Shown here in pieces: positions 14,236 to 27,548 of a DNA stretch of 64,000 bases (the stretch's first letter is position 1; each line of letters opens with the position of its first letter). Source of the DNA: the human T2T-CHM13v2.0 reference genome, Homo sapiens. Made by a program: the position numbers and the translations under genes. Under the pieces are notes generated by a model. It had not been told where the DNA came from. It did no database searches and saw only the letters and a program-made list of their open reading frames with translations. The stretch lies in assembly GCF_009914755.1 (NCBI RefSeq), contig NC_060925.1; one strand, given 5' to 3'.

Positions 14236-15499
14236 AATATTAACTTATTTTTTAATATAACAGACTAGGGAGTAACACAGAAGTTGGTCCTCATATCTAA
14301 AACAGAGTAAAAATACTCTTGACTATTTACATTCAAATAATGTAACTAAGACTAACATGAGTCACTTTCCGTTTTCCAATCAATTTATAGATTAAATGCT
14401 TATACCTGACACCAGAAAAAAATAGCAATTAAACTGTAGGCCATAAAATTAATTTCTTCTGCAGTACAAAAAAAAAAAAGAAAAATGTAATTTCATTTCT
14501 TTTTGACCTAGATTATGCCAATTGCATTAGATGTTTTATTTCCCATATGTATCAGAATGTTCAAATAGTATATAGGCTACTAAAAAGAATCATTCCCAAA
14601 TGGTACTCTCCCCAAACAACAAACTTCTCTTATTAATCATGCTGAAACTGTATGCTTACAAAAAAAGTGAGCAAAATTGGAAGCAAGAGCCTTCCAAAAT
14701 TAAATGACCAACTAAATCAGATAGGCAGATTTGAATGTTTTTTAATCAGGCACTGCTGGCATGATCACAACATTTAAAATACCCAAATGATTCTACATAA
14801 ATCTAACTCATCATCTTTCTTACAAAAAGTCCAGAGCTCTAATGAAGTCCATAATGATCTGGATAAAATACACTTAATTAGATTATAAACTGCAACATAA
14901 AACGGCTGCATCATGCCTTTTAACATTTTTCTCTCTGAAGATCAGAGGATTGAAAGGGGGTTATAAAACAGCCCATTCATTTTTCTTGTCTTTTAAAGGA
15001 AGGAAAAAACCATTAGGCAGAACTAAAGTTCCAGACAACTTTTAACAAGTGACATCCAAGTAGGTCACATTCTTAGACCTCCTCAGAGATGCAGGGAACG
15101 ATGATGGGGTCAGGTGACCAACACATCAATGGGACGGCATGTGATCAGACAACTCTGGGGAATGCTAATGATTTCCTATGTGATGCTGATAGTACAAGAT
15201 GTACTTTATGCTTGATGATATCTAGATGAGATAGATAACAGGAAAAAAAAACCAAGGCTAATTAAAATGCATTTCAAAGATAATCCTAACATGATTTTCT
15301 AATAGTACGCAAGTCCACTGTGAGTTTGAGATGGTGAATTAAAGACGAATCTATTCATCCACAGATACATCTATCCACTCATACAATTTATGTGTTTATT
15401 TTTGGTTGAGGGAGACAGGAGGTGAGAAACAAGCATGCAACAATTGCTAAAAATGTCTTTAAATATTTATCTACAGAATTCTCAAATGTGTTATCTTGA

Positions 15500-15710
15500 C
15501 TACTAGAGACTAAGAGCATGGCCTTTGGAGTGACCAGATCTCCTTTGAATCCCAGTTCCAACATTTGTTGGCTCTGTAACGCTCAGGTGCAGTTATGACA
15601 TCTGAACACAGTGAGAACAATCCATGTTCAGGAAGTAATTATGGGAGATTAAGTGTAAGGCACTTTGTACTTTGCCTGTCCTAGAATAGGTGTTGCATAC
15701 ATTAAATCAC
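15500..15710 (+). mobile_element. MIR
   Basis: aagagcatggcctttggag...tttgaatcccagttcca. Confidence 0.55.
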
Positions 15711-15769
15711 AATCAAAACAGACAAGCACATTTGGGATAAACTAAATAAGATCTCTAAATAAATGAAAG

Positions 15770-16018
15770 GGCCAGCCTCAGTGGCTCACGCCTATAATCC
15801 CAGTACTTTGTGAGGCTGAGGCAGGAAGATCGCTTGATACCAGGAGTTGAAGACCAGTCTGGGCAACATGGCAAGACTCCATCTCTAAAAAATAAAAATA
15901 ATAATAATAATTAGCCAGGCACGGTGGTATGCACCTATAGTCCCAGCTACTGGGGAGGCTGAGATGGGAGGATCGCTTGAGCCCTGGAGGTCAAAGTGAG
16001 ACCCTGTCTTAAAAAAAA
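15770..16018 (+). mobile_element. AluJ with deletion in the right arm
   Basis: ggaggtcaa joins directly to agtgagaccctgtct. Confidence 0.85.
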
Positions 16019-16485
16019 TTTTTTTAAAAAAAGGGACATACCATGTTCACGATTCAATATTAAGATGTCAAATCTCCCCTAAGTGATCTACATTTCACAC
16101 CATTTCAATCAAAATAGCAGGCTTTTTAAAAAGCTAACAAGCTGATTAAAAAATGTTTATGAAAAGGCAAGTGAAAATAGCCAAATCAATTTTAAAGAGA
16201 GAAAAAAAAAAGTTAGAGGGCATACACTACCTGATTTCAAGATTTACTAAAAAGCTATACTAATCAGAATGGTGTGGTACTGAAGAAAGGATAGAATAGT
16301 GAGTCCAGAAACAGGCCTACACAAACATGGGCAATTGATCTCCAACAAAGATGAAAAGGCAATTTAATGGAGAAAGGAAAGTCTCTTCAAAAAAATGATG
16401 CAGGAACAACTGTATATTTGTGTGGAGAATCAAGAAAACCCTTATGCCATAACATATTCAAAAGTTAATTAAAAATGGATTATAG

Positions 16486-16615
16486 TTGGGCATGGTGGCA
16501 AATGCCTGTATTCCTGCTACTCGAGAGGCTGAGACAAGAGGATCGCTTTAGCCTGGGAGTTGGAATCCAGCCTGCATAATGTAGTGAGACCCGATCTCTA
16601 TGGAAAAAAAAAAAA
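16486..16615 (+). mobile_element. FLAM_A-type Alu monomer
   Basis: ~130-bp monomer with A tail, flanked by ...gattata on both sides. Confidence 0.75.
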
Positions 16616-17708
16616 GATTATAAATTGAAATGTAAATGCTAAAACAGAAAACTCCTAGAAAATATTTGTGACTTTCCCTAAGAAAATATTTCTTAAATAA
16701 AAGAAGAAAACACAAACTATAAAAGTAAAAATTGATCAAATGAACTTTATTAAAATTAAAAACTTCGGCTCTTCAAAAGATGCCATTAAGAAAACAAAAA
16801 GACAAGTCACAAGTAAGGAGATAATATTTGCAATGCATATCTGACCCAGGACTTGTATCCATGTCATATAAAGAACTCTTACAACTCAACAACATGAAAA
16901 CAACCCAAAATAATATAGGCAAAAGATTGAACAAATACTTCTCAAAAGAAAAGATACAAATGGCAAAAAAGCACTTAAAAAGATAAGCAGTAGCATTAAC
17001 TAATTAGAAATGGGAATTAAAACCACACTGGACTGCCACCGAGCACGTATTAGAATGGCTGAAATTAAAAAGACTGACACTACCAGGTCTTGGTGATGAT
17101 GCAGAGCAACTGGAACTCTCATATACTACTGGGGGGAACACGAAAAGTCACGACTACTTCAGAAAGCAGTCTTGTAGTTTTTTATAAAGTTAGATATAAT
17201 ACTAACCATATAACGTAGCCACTGTGACCACAGATATTTTCCTAAGAGAAAACGTATGTCATACAAAGATTTGTACATGAATGTTCACAGTGAATGTCCA
17301 TCAGGAGGTTAATGGATAAATAAAATGTGGTATGTCTACACAACACAACACTATTCATAAACAGAAAGGAATGAATTACTGATAGGTCCAATAATATGAA
17401 TACATCTCAACACCATTATGCTAAGCGAAAACAGTTGGATGTAAGGGTACATACTGATTTCACTTTATGTAAAATGCAAGTTGATGTACAGTGACAAAAA
17501 GGAGATCACTAATCAGCTGGGGCTGGGGGTGGGTGAGGGATAGACTGAAAAAGGGTACAGGTACAAAGAAGATATATAGATGGCCATTTTTATGCACATA
17601 AAAAGATACTTAACATTAGTAATCATTAGGAAAATGCAAATTCAAAACCATGATAAAATACCACCTTAACACTCATTAGGATGACTATAAAAAAAAAAAA
17701 AAAAAAAA

Positions 17709-18012
17709 GGCCAGGTGCGGCGGCTCACGCCTGTAATCCCAGCACTTTGGGAGGCCGAGGCGGGCGGATTACGAGGTCAGGAGATCGTGACCATCCTGGC
17801 TAACATGGTGAAATCCCGTCTCTACTAAAAATACAAAAAAATTAGCCGGGCGTGGTGGTGGGCACCTGTAGTCCCAGCTACTCAGTAGGCTGAGGCAGGA
17901 GAATGGAGTGAACCCGGGTGGCAGAGCTTGCAGTGAGCCGAGATGGTGCCACTGCACTCCAGCCTGGGTGACAGAGCAAGACTCTGTCTCAGAAAAAAAC
18001 AAAAAAAAAAAC
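17709..18012 (+). mobile_element. AluY
   Basis: gagatcgtgaccatcctggctaac and gagcttgcagtgag; inserted directly after an A20 run. Confidence 0.92.
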
Positions 18013-18127
18013 AAATGTTGGCAAGGATGTAGAGAAACTGGAAGCCTTGTGCGTTACTGGTAGGAATGCAAAACGGTGCAGCTATTGTGGAAAACAGTCT
18101 GGCAGTTCCTTAAAAGACTAAACACGA

Positions 18128-18260
18128 GCTGGGTGCAGTGATACATCTGCAGCCCCAGGTACTCCTACTCTGCAGGCTGAGGCAGGAGACTCATTTGAGA
18201 CCAGGAGTTCAAAGCCAGCCTAGGCAACATAGCAAGACCTAGTCTTTAAAAATAAAAGAA
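18128..18260 (+). mobile_element. FLAM-type Alu monomer
   Basis: gctgggtgcagtg...gccagcctaggcaacatagcaagacc plus A-rich tail. Confidence 0.7.
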
Positions 18261-19469
18261 GACAAGAAAAAATTTTAAAAAATAATTACTATATGATCCA
18301 GCAATTCCACTTCTGGGTATATAACCTGAAGAGCTGAAAGCACAGATTCAAATAGGTATTGGCACACCTTTGCTCGCTGCAGTACTATTCACAATAGCCA
18401 GAAGGTGGACATAACCCAAATATGCATCAACAGATGAATGGAGAAATCAAATGTGGTATATACATACAATGCAATATTATTCAGCCTTAAAAAGGAAGGG
18501 AATTCTGATCAATACTATCATATTGGTGAACTTTGAAGACATTATGCTAAATTAAAGAAGTTAGACACAGAAGGACAAATATTGTACGATTCAACCTATA
18601 GAAGTACCTAGAATTGTCAAAATCAGAGAGACAGGAAGTAGAATGGTGGTTGCCAGAGGCTGGGGCAAAAGGGGAATGGGGAGTTATCATTTAATGGGTT
18701 CAAAGTTTCAGTTCTGGATGATGAAAAAGAGTTCTGGAGCTGGACAGTGGTAACGGGTGCAGAACAACATGAATGCACTTAATGCTACTGGATTGTATAC
18801 CTAAAAGTGGTCATAATGGAAAATTTCATTATATATACATTTTACTACAATAAGGAAATAGTAAAGAAAAAAGTGGCACAGAAATATTTTGGAAGTAATG
18901 GAAATGTTCTCTATCTTGATTGTGACTGTGGCTTCATGGGTATATAAAACTGTCAAAATTCATCCAATTAAATAGATTCATTTAACTGCATAAAATTATT
19001 GCTCAATAAAGTTGATGAGGGGAAAAAAAGACACTAGCAAATTAGCAAGAATATATTTTATGCCTCTCCTCCCTGCCTTTCCTCATTTCATCCTGCAATG
19101 CCTACCAGTTTTCTATTTCATAGGAAGCAGGAGAAAAAGAAAAAAACGGAGGGAGTGCGGGCAGGGGGACATTCATTCAACAAATACTTAGATAACCTCC
19201 ATTTCATATGTTACTCCAATAAGCCTGAGTGTTACAGGTTTATGGATGAGGAAACTATATGAAGTTTGGTATGAAGTCGTTTATCCAGGTCACACGAGAT
19301 TAAGTGGCAAAGCTCAGTTTGTAACCACCGTGTTTCTAAGCCTTCACAAATGTGCATTGTAAAAATGTTCTCCCTACGTGTGATTTCACCAGACCTACAT
19401 ACATGAGGGGAAATAACAAGAGGCAAAGCCATGAAAATTGTGCACTATCAACAAGATAAAAAGTGTGGC

Positions 19470-19597
19470 AAAAATGATAAATGTTCAAGCTGATGGATAT
19501 GCTAATTACCCTGATTTGATCATTATGCATTATATACATGTATCGAAATATCACTCTGTAGCCCATAAATACATGTAAACTAAAAAGAAAAAAAAAG
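19470..19597 (+). mobile_element. L1MA 3' terminus with poly(A)
   Basis: gatggatatgctaattaccctgatttgatcattatgcattatatacatgtatcgaaatatcac. Confidence 0.8.
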
Positions 19598-19699
19598 GAC
19601 ATAAAATGTGTGGAAAATAGGTACTTCTGTTCACATTTAAGGACTTCTTGCAAAGAGTTATTGAAACCTTTGTCTTTTGTAATTTCTCCTTACTTAACA

Positions 19700-20060
19700 A
19701 TTGGGCACACAGATTAAGAACACACACTCCACAGTCACACTTCCCAGGTCCCGTCCTACTGCTGTGACCTGACGTGATCTCCCTTTGCCTCAGTTTTCTC
19801 AACTGCAAAATGCGGATTATAATTGTAACTATCTGGGCACAGTAGCACCTGCCTGTGGTCCCAGCTACTCCGGAAGCTGTGGTAGAAAGATCTGACTCCA
19901 AGTTCAAGTCCATCCTCGGCAACACAGTAAGACATTGTCTATAAAAATAACAATAATAATAATTGCATCTACCTCAAAGGGCTTTTGTGATGATTAAATA
20001 ATGGATGTGAAGTGCTTAACATAGCGTTAGAGGCATACGAAATTCTCAATAAATATTAGC
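19700..20060 (+). mobile_element. MIR interrupted by a FLAM (about 19832-19950)
   Basis: gcctcagttttctcaactgcaaaatgcggattataat...acctcaaagggcttttgtgatgattaaat, with an Alu monomer between the halves. Confidence 0.75.
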
Positions 20061-20284
20061 CTTCCTCTTCCATATAGTCTACCTATAACAGCTATGGTCT
20101 ATCTGTAATAGCTAGGTACAGGTAGAGTTACATGCAGAACTGAAAAAGAAAAAGCTACTTTTACAGGTAGTGGTTTGAATTCACTAATGTTGTCCTTCCT
20201 TCCTTCTTTCCTCCCTCCCACTCTCTCTCCCTTAAAATGCATTGCTGTTCCTCAAATATAGTTTTTGCATTAAAAATGTATGAT

Positions 20285-21240
20285 GGATACAGATGGCAAA
20301 TACGCATATGAAAAGATGCTCCACATCACATGTCATCAGGGAAATGCAAATTAAAATAACAAGAAGATACCACTACGCACATATTAGAATGGCCAAATCC
20401 GGAACACTGATAACACCAAATGCTGGCAAGGATGTGGAATAACAGGAACTCTCGTTCACTGCTGATGGGAACGCAAAATGGTACAGCCACTTGGGAAGAC
20501 AGTTTGGCAATTTCTTACAGAACTAAACATACTCATCACACAATCCAGAAATCTTACTCCTTGTTATTTACCCAAAGGAGTTAAAAACTTATGTCCACAC
20601 AAAAATCTGCATGTGGATACTGACAGCAGCTTTATTCATAACTCCCCAAACTTGGAAGTAACCCAGATGGCCTTCAGAAGGTGAATGGATAATCAAATTG
20701 TTGCACATCCAGACAATGGACAATTATTTAGCACTAAAAGTAAGTGATGTTATCAAGCCATGAAAAGGCACGGAGCAATCTTAAATGCATACTACTAAGC
20801 GAAAGAAGGCAGTGTGAAAAGGCTGTATGATCCCGATTATATAGCATTCTGGAAAAGATAAAGCTATGGAAACGGTAAAAAGATCAGCGGTTGCCAGGGA
20901 TGAGAGTTGAGAGAGAGATGAACAGGTGAGGCACAGAGCACCTCTGTATAATGCCATAAAGGTAAATACATATCAGTATTCATCTGTCCAAACACGGAAT
21001 GTACAACACCAAGAGTGAACGCTAACAGAAGCTGAACTTTGGTGATAATGAAGAGTCCATGGAGGTTCATCAGCTGTCACAAATGTCCCACTCTGGTAGA
21101 GGATGCTGAGAATGAGGGAGGCTGTGTGTTTTGTGTTGGAGGTGGGGGAGGAGGGCAGGAGGGATATGAGAAAACTCTGTACCTTCCTCTCAATTATGCT
21201 GTGAACCTAAATTTGCTCTTCAAAAATTATCTTTTTAAAA
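20285..21240 (+). mobile_element. L1MC1/2-like 3' fragment
   Basis: gcatatgaaaagatgctccacatc...gtaccttcctctcaattatgctgtgaacctaaa. Confidence 0.8.
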
Positions 21241-21657
21241 AACATGTATGGTGGAAACTATGAATGATGAAAGAAAACCCCATTCAGTAACCTGAAGCAG
21301 CACGTTATCTTACGAAATAATAAATGATTCATTTATCTTTGGCAGAATCGGGTCATTTTCCTGCCTTTCTCTTTCTAGGGAAATAAAAATTTTACACTTT
21401 CTCAAACATTTGGAAGATTGTCTTTCAAAAGCCAGTACAAGGAAGCTTGAGGAAAGCTTTTTATAGCCAAGTATAACAGCTGGCAGTCTAGAAGCCATAT
21501 ACAACATTTTGCTGTTCTACAGAACTTATAGCAGCTCACAAAAGCAAAACCATTTTTATTGAGGAAACAATAAAAATTGTTGGAAATTTTCAAAATTAAA
21601 TAGTATAGAAGGACTTTTATTGTAATAAAAGTAATCTATAGATAATGTTTCTCATAG

Positions 21658-21990
<333 letters not shown>

Positions 21991-22814
21991 CACAACTCCA
22001 CATTTCTAATGGACTGCAAATTCACCAGCGGTAAAAGTAAACGAGGGAGGCAATAGATCCTTTGGGTCTGATGTTACAGCCAACTCAAGTGGCAGGCTTT
22101 TGCTAGATTTTCTAAGCCAGCAGAGGCAGGGATAATAAAACACATTTACCTAGAGAAAAAAAAAAATCAAATTAAGATGACTTTAAGTATTCTATACTAA
22201 CAGAAGAACTATTAAAAGTAGTTAAATCCATTGTTCTGAAAAACTGAACAGAGATATGACCAACTGGAGGTGTTTTGTCTCTCTCGACTCCACTGGCACT
22301 AGGACCTTTTTCTCCTATTTTATTATCAAGCATGGTGAGCCAGCCATTGCCATGCCCAAGTGCTGCATATCTTGTGAGTCTAAACTGAAAACAACATATC
22401 TCAGACGTTATCTTAGACTTGAGGCTGAGGAACAGATGGATTTAAGAAAAAAAACCATTCCTTTCCTTTTAAAAGGTCTTAAAAACTTTTGAGAAGCTTC
22501 AGGAAAAAGGCAAGTAAGATACGATTATTTTGTGGCATAATAAGATTTCATTTTCTGAAACTCAATCAGGAGAACTAATGAAGAAGAAATGTGCCCCTTG
22601 CTTGTGGAAGCCAGCTTAAACTGGTAAGAGCCCAATCACTCACAGTATTTGTTAAGCAAAATCCATTTATGTTGGAACAGTAGGCATTTAAGCATTAATA
22701 TGAAAGTTAAAATAGAGAAGACAGTACAGAATACTTAAGTTACAATTTCAAATTCGACAGTGTTGACAGAGCTACTCCAGAGACCACTAAATATATTGCT
22801 TTAAAAAAAAAAGT

Positions 22815-23117
22815 TGGCGGGGCATAATGGCTCACACCTGTAATAATCCCAGCATATTAGGAGGCCGAAGTGGAAGGATCACTTGAGCTCAGACTCAGGA
22901 TAGACCAGCCTGGGCAACATTACAAGACCTTGTCTCTACTAAAAGAAAAAAACTTAGCCAGGCATGGTGGCACACATCTGTAGTCCCAGCTACTTAGGAG
23001 GCTGAGATGGGAGGATGGCTTGAGCTCAAGAAGTTGAGGCTACAGTGAGCCACGATTATGCCACTGCACTCCAGCCTGGGCAACAGAGCGAGACTGTCTC
23101 AAAAAATAAAAATAAAG
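22815..23117 (+). mobile_element. AluJ
   Basis: Dimeric Alu, J-type. Confidence 0.88.
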
Positions 23118-23760
23118 GTTGCGTTTTTTTTTTTAAACATTATATATCTGAGAAGATCTCCATATATAAATATTTCATTTTAAACAGCTAATTGAAAAGT
23201 TCCATACATTTATATGTGAGAACATTTCATAAGGTTTTACCTTATCCTAATCATATCTTAACTCTAAATATTCCGTTTAACGACAAAAATGGCATAACAT
23301 TCCCAAAGCAGCAAAATGTCTTTCTTGATTTCTGAAGATAACAAAGGAAAAAAATAGAAAAAGCAGAAAAGCAATAAACTGTTATTCATTTTAATAAATT
23401 TTTATGATCCCTCAGTCATTACTAAATTGGATCATATGATAATTTCTCCTTTGGTTATCATTTTTATTGACAAGTTTTCAGCTGTTTTTTCTTCATTTGC
23501 AAAATGAGTCCTAGATCTCATGTCTGGCATAATCACTCAGCTCCCATAAAGAAAGACATCCAGGACCCACTTTATCTTCATGTTACTTTTCTAAGCCAGC
23601 CCATCAAAAGTCTGAGGAGACAGTCACTCTTACTGCTACTGACAATACCAACTGGTTTAGTGTACACTAACTGGCTGACTACACACATCTATTCCTTTTC
23701 ATTCCTAACAGAATGCTGATTTTATTCACATATTCATTCTCATTAGAAATAAATGTTTTA

Positions 23761-24056
<296 letters not shown>

Positions 24057-24254
24057 AAATGTCTCAAGTGCTTAAATTCTTGTAAAAATAACTGCAAAAA
24101 GATATATGAGTAAGGACTGGTAGGTACCATATGACTATTTCAGCAAACACATATCACCTGGAAAAAATGTGCTGATAGAGTTTCTTTAGGATCAAATGCG
24201 TGGTAGGGAAATCCACATCAAGTCCAATAAAATGGTAAAAGAAAAAAAGAAAAA

Positions 24255-24552
24255 GCCAGGCACGGAGACTCGTGCCTATAATCTCAGCACTTTGGGAGGC
24301 TGAGGTGGGAGGATCACTTGAACACAATTCAAGACCAGCCTGGGCAACACAGCAAGACGCCATCTCTACTTAAAAAAAAAAAAAGAAAAGAAAAATTAGC
24401 TAGTCATGGTAGTGCATGCCTGTAGCTCCAGCTACTCAGGAGGCTGAACTGGGAGGATCGCTTGAGCGAGGCTGAGGCTGCTGTGAGCCACGATCACATG
24501 ACTGCACCCAGCCTGGGCGACAGAGTGAGACCCTGTCTCAAAAATAAAATAA
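24255..24552 (+). mobile_element. AluJ
   Basis: Dimeric J-type Alu with expanded middle A tract. Confidence 0.88.
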
Positions 24553-26315
24553 TTTTAAAAGTTAAAGCTAATAAAATATACACAAAAACCCAGAAACAGT
24601 GATGTGAAAGAAGCTTTTGATTCGTTAGTGATGAAATGAGAGCTGCCTTGATAGACCGGCACTATTACAAAGACGTGCATTGCCTGATCAAGAGGTGGTG
24701 CTTCTCAGAGTTTCTAAACCAAAGATTGAATTCTTATTTTTCTTCATGGAGGGAAAAAAGGCCACAACGTTACAATATAAAAATCTGAAAAAGGGAAGTG
24801 AATTGATTTTTCATCTAACTTAATAAAATGACTTATTTGGCTGATATTTCCTTAGGATCTCAACAACCTCAAGCCAAAACTTCATAGTTTTTCAGGGCAG
24901 CACAAACGAATCCCACAGGTTAAATGAAGAGCTGCTCATTAGGACTGAGAATCAGGAAAGAGCCTTAGTTCATCCACATGTGATTCATTCACATCATTGA
25001 CTTAGTGCAACATAAAGATCGTCACCATTCATTGTTCCTGAGTGGGGAGAAAAAAATCCACAGAATATTTCCCCGAGATCATAAAGAGGTTAGTCACTGA
25101 TTTGGGGATCTTTATAGTCTACCATTTGACAATGACTTGGCCTTTCTGCGAGAAAAAACATCCATCAGGAGTACCACTGAAAATGTGCTGAATTTAGAGC
25201 ACCTCTCCACAGTGACTGCAATTACAGAACTCCTAAATCACTGAAAACACTCTGAATCTTGGTTTTAAACATCTTGTGACACCAGAAGAGGACAAAAATT
25301 GTCCTAGTGATGATGAACCTAATATGTGGTGTGTCTGTTTTGGATTACAATTTTCCCAATTACAAATGCTAGTCATTTGGACCACTAACCCAAGAATGCC
25401 TTGGTTAATTTCTCAAGGACAAAATGTTTACATATTGATATATTTTAACATTTCATTTTTGAAATGAATGCTATTTTATTTTTCAAAGGCAGATGATGTC
25501 TTACCTACCCAGTGTATTTATAACCCCTTTGAACACTTGACCCATATTCCTAAGCATCCTTATGGCACTTAAAATGCCTAACCAGTTCCAAATGTTCAAT
25601 AACGTTTCAGCAAATGCTTGCTGAATGAATTAATTAATGAGCGAAGGTATGTTGAAAAAAATTAGATTTTCCTGGTAACTTAATTTTGAAATAGAAAACA
25701 TATAATAATAAATGCTAGCTCAAAATAACCCTAGTAAAGCAATATAAGTGACTACCTTGGAAAACTTACAGCAGAATGCATCACTGCTCCCACTCCCAAA
25801 CCTGCTACCACTTTTGCGTTCTTTATGCTATGAGAGGTACCACTACATCCACAGCTGACTGCATCAGGAAGAGCCCAAGACCACCTTCAGTTTCAGTTAT
25901 CTACTAGGCAGACTCTCAGGGCTCGGCACACAGTCGTACTCACAGCTGCAGTTTATTACAGGGAAACAACGCCAAGCGAAGTCAGCAAGGGGAAAGGCAC
26001 ATGGGGAGAAGTCTGTGGAAACAGAGTGGGAGCCTCCAAGGGCCTTCCCCCAGGGAGTCACAAGGGAGGCACTTCACTCCTCCTACAAGAAGCTGTGATA
26101 ACGTGAGAAATGTCCCAGTCAGGGAAACCCATTAGAGACTCAGTACCCAGGGTCTTTATTGGAGTTCAATCGCCTGTAGGCAGCCTCTAATTTTGGACTC
26201 CTGGAAGGACAGCAGGGGATCAGCATAAACCATAATGTTGACACAAACAGTTTAGGCACTGTCAGCCACTCTTACCAGATAAGGGGGAAACCCTTGCTGA
26301 AATCTCAGTTGCTAA

Positions 26316-26780
<465 letters not shown>

Positions 26781-26829
26781 TAAGCAGTTTAGGCCTGCTA
26801 GGTTAACTCTTTTCTGCACAGCGACTAGG

Positions 26830-27548
26830 CCAGAAACCAAGAAATAATCCCAATTCCTACTTCTTCACTGTCCCTCATCTCTTCTAGGCCAAATCCTGTC
26901 AATTTTGCTCCTGAGTAACTTCCCTGTACTCCCTTCTTCCTGTCCTCACTATCGGGCTTTAATGGAGGCCTCTGTTCTCTCTTGCTCGCATCACTGCCGG
27001 AACTCCTACCTTGTCTCCTGCCTATCCTTCCATCCATTCTCCACAGGCTCTTTGCCGGGAAGGCTGCCCACTGCCCTCAACCTCCCGAGCATAGTGGAAA
27101 ACAGGGCCTTTTTCTGATGTGCCCAAGTTTTCTCTCTAATTTCTCAACACTTTCTCCCTTTTGTACTCTCTGTTCTAGTCAAACTGAACTATTAAATGCA
27201 GTTCTCAGAAAGCATGGCACTTTCTTACCTTTGTCACTTTGTTCTGGCTACTTGTCCTCTACCTAGAATGCATTTCCACTTTTGCCTGGGTTAAGAAGTA
27301 TGTAGGCTTTAGAAGTCAGCTGAGGCACCAACACAAATCTTCCCCAGATATCCCCGTCTCCCAGTCTAATACCTCATGCCTACTCCCCTCCACGGCATTT
27401 ATCCCACTGCACTGCAATTTCAGTCTATTTTATTGATCTATCCCCTATACTGTGTGTCCTTAAAGGTGGGACTGCGTATCCCCAGTGTCTAGCATGGTCA
27501 CTGACAAATTGTTCATGTCCAATAAATACTTCTTGACTGAATAAATGT
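26830..27548 (+). mobile_element. L2 3' fragment
   Basis: Ends cccagtgtctagcatgg...caataaatacttcttgactgaataaatg, like the L2 terminus. Confidence 0.6.

Larger units (their letters stand above)
16030..19025 (+). mobile_element. Nested old L1M elements (L1MB/MC-type ORF2 end and 3'UTRs)
   Basis: Continuous L1-like text (catacactacctgatttcaag; gcaattccacttctgggtatata; gttctctatcttgattgtg); interrupted by two FLAMs and an AluY. Confidence 0.8.
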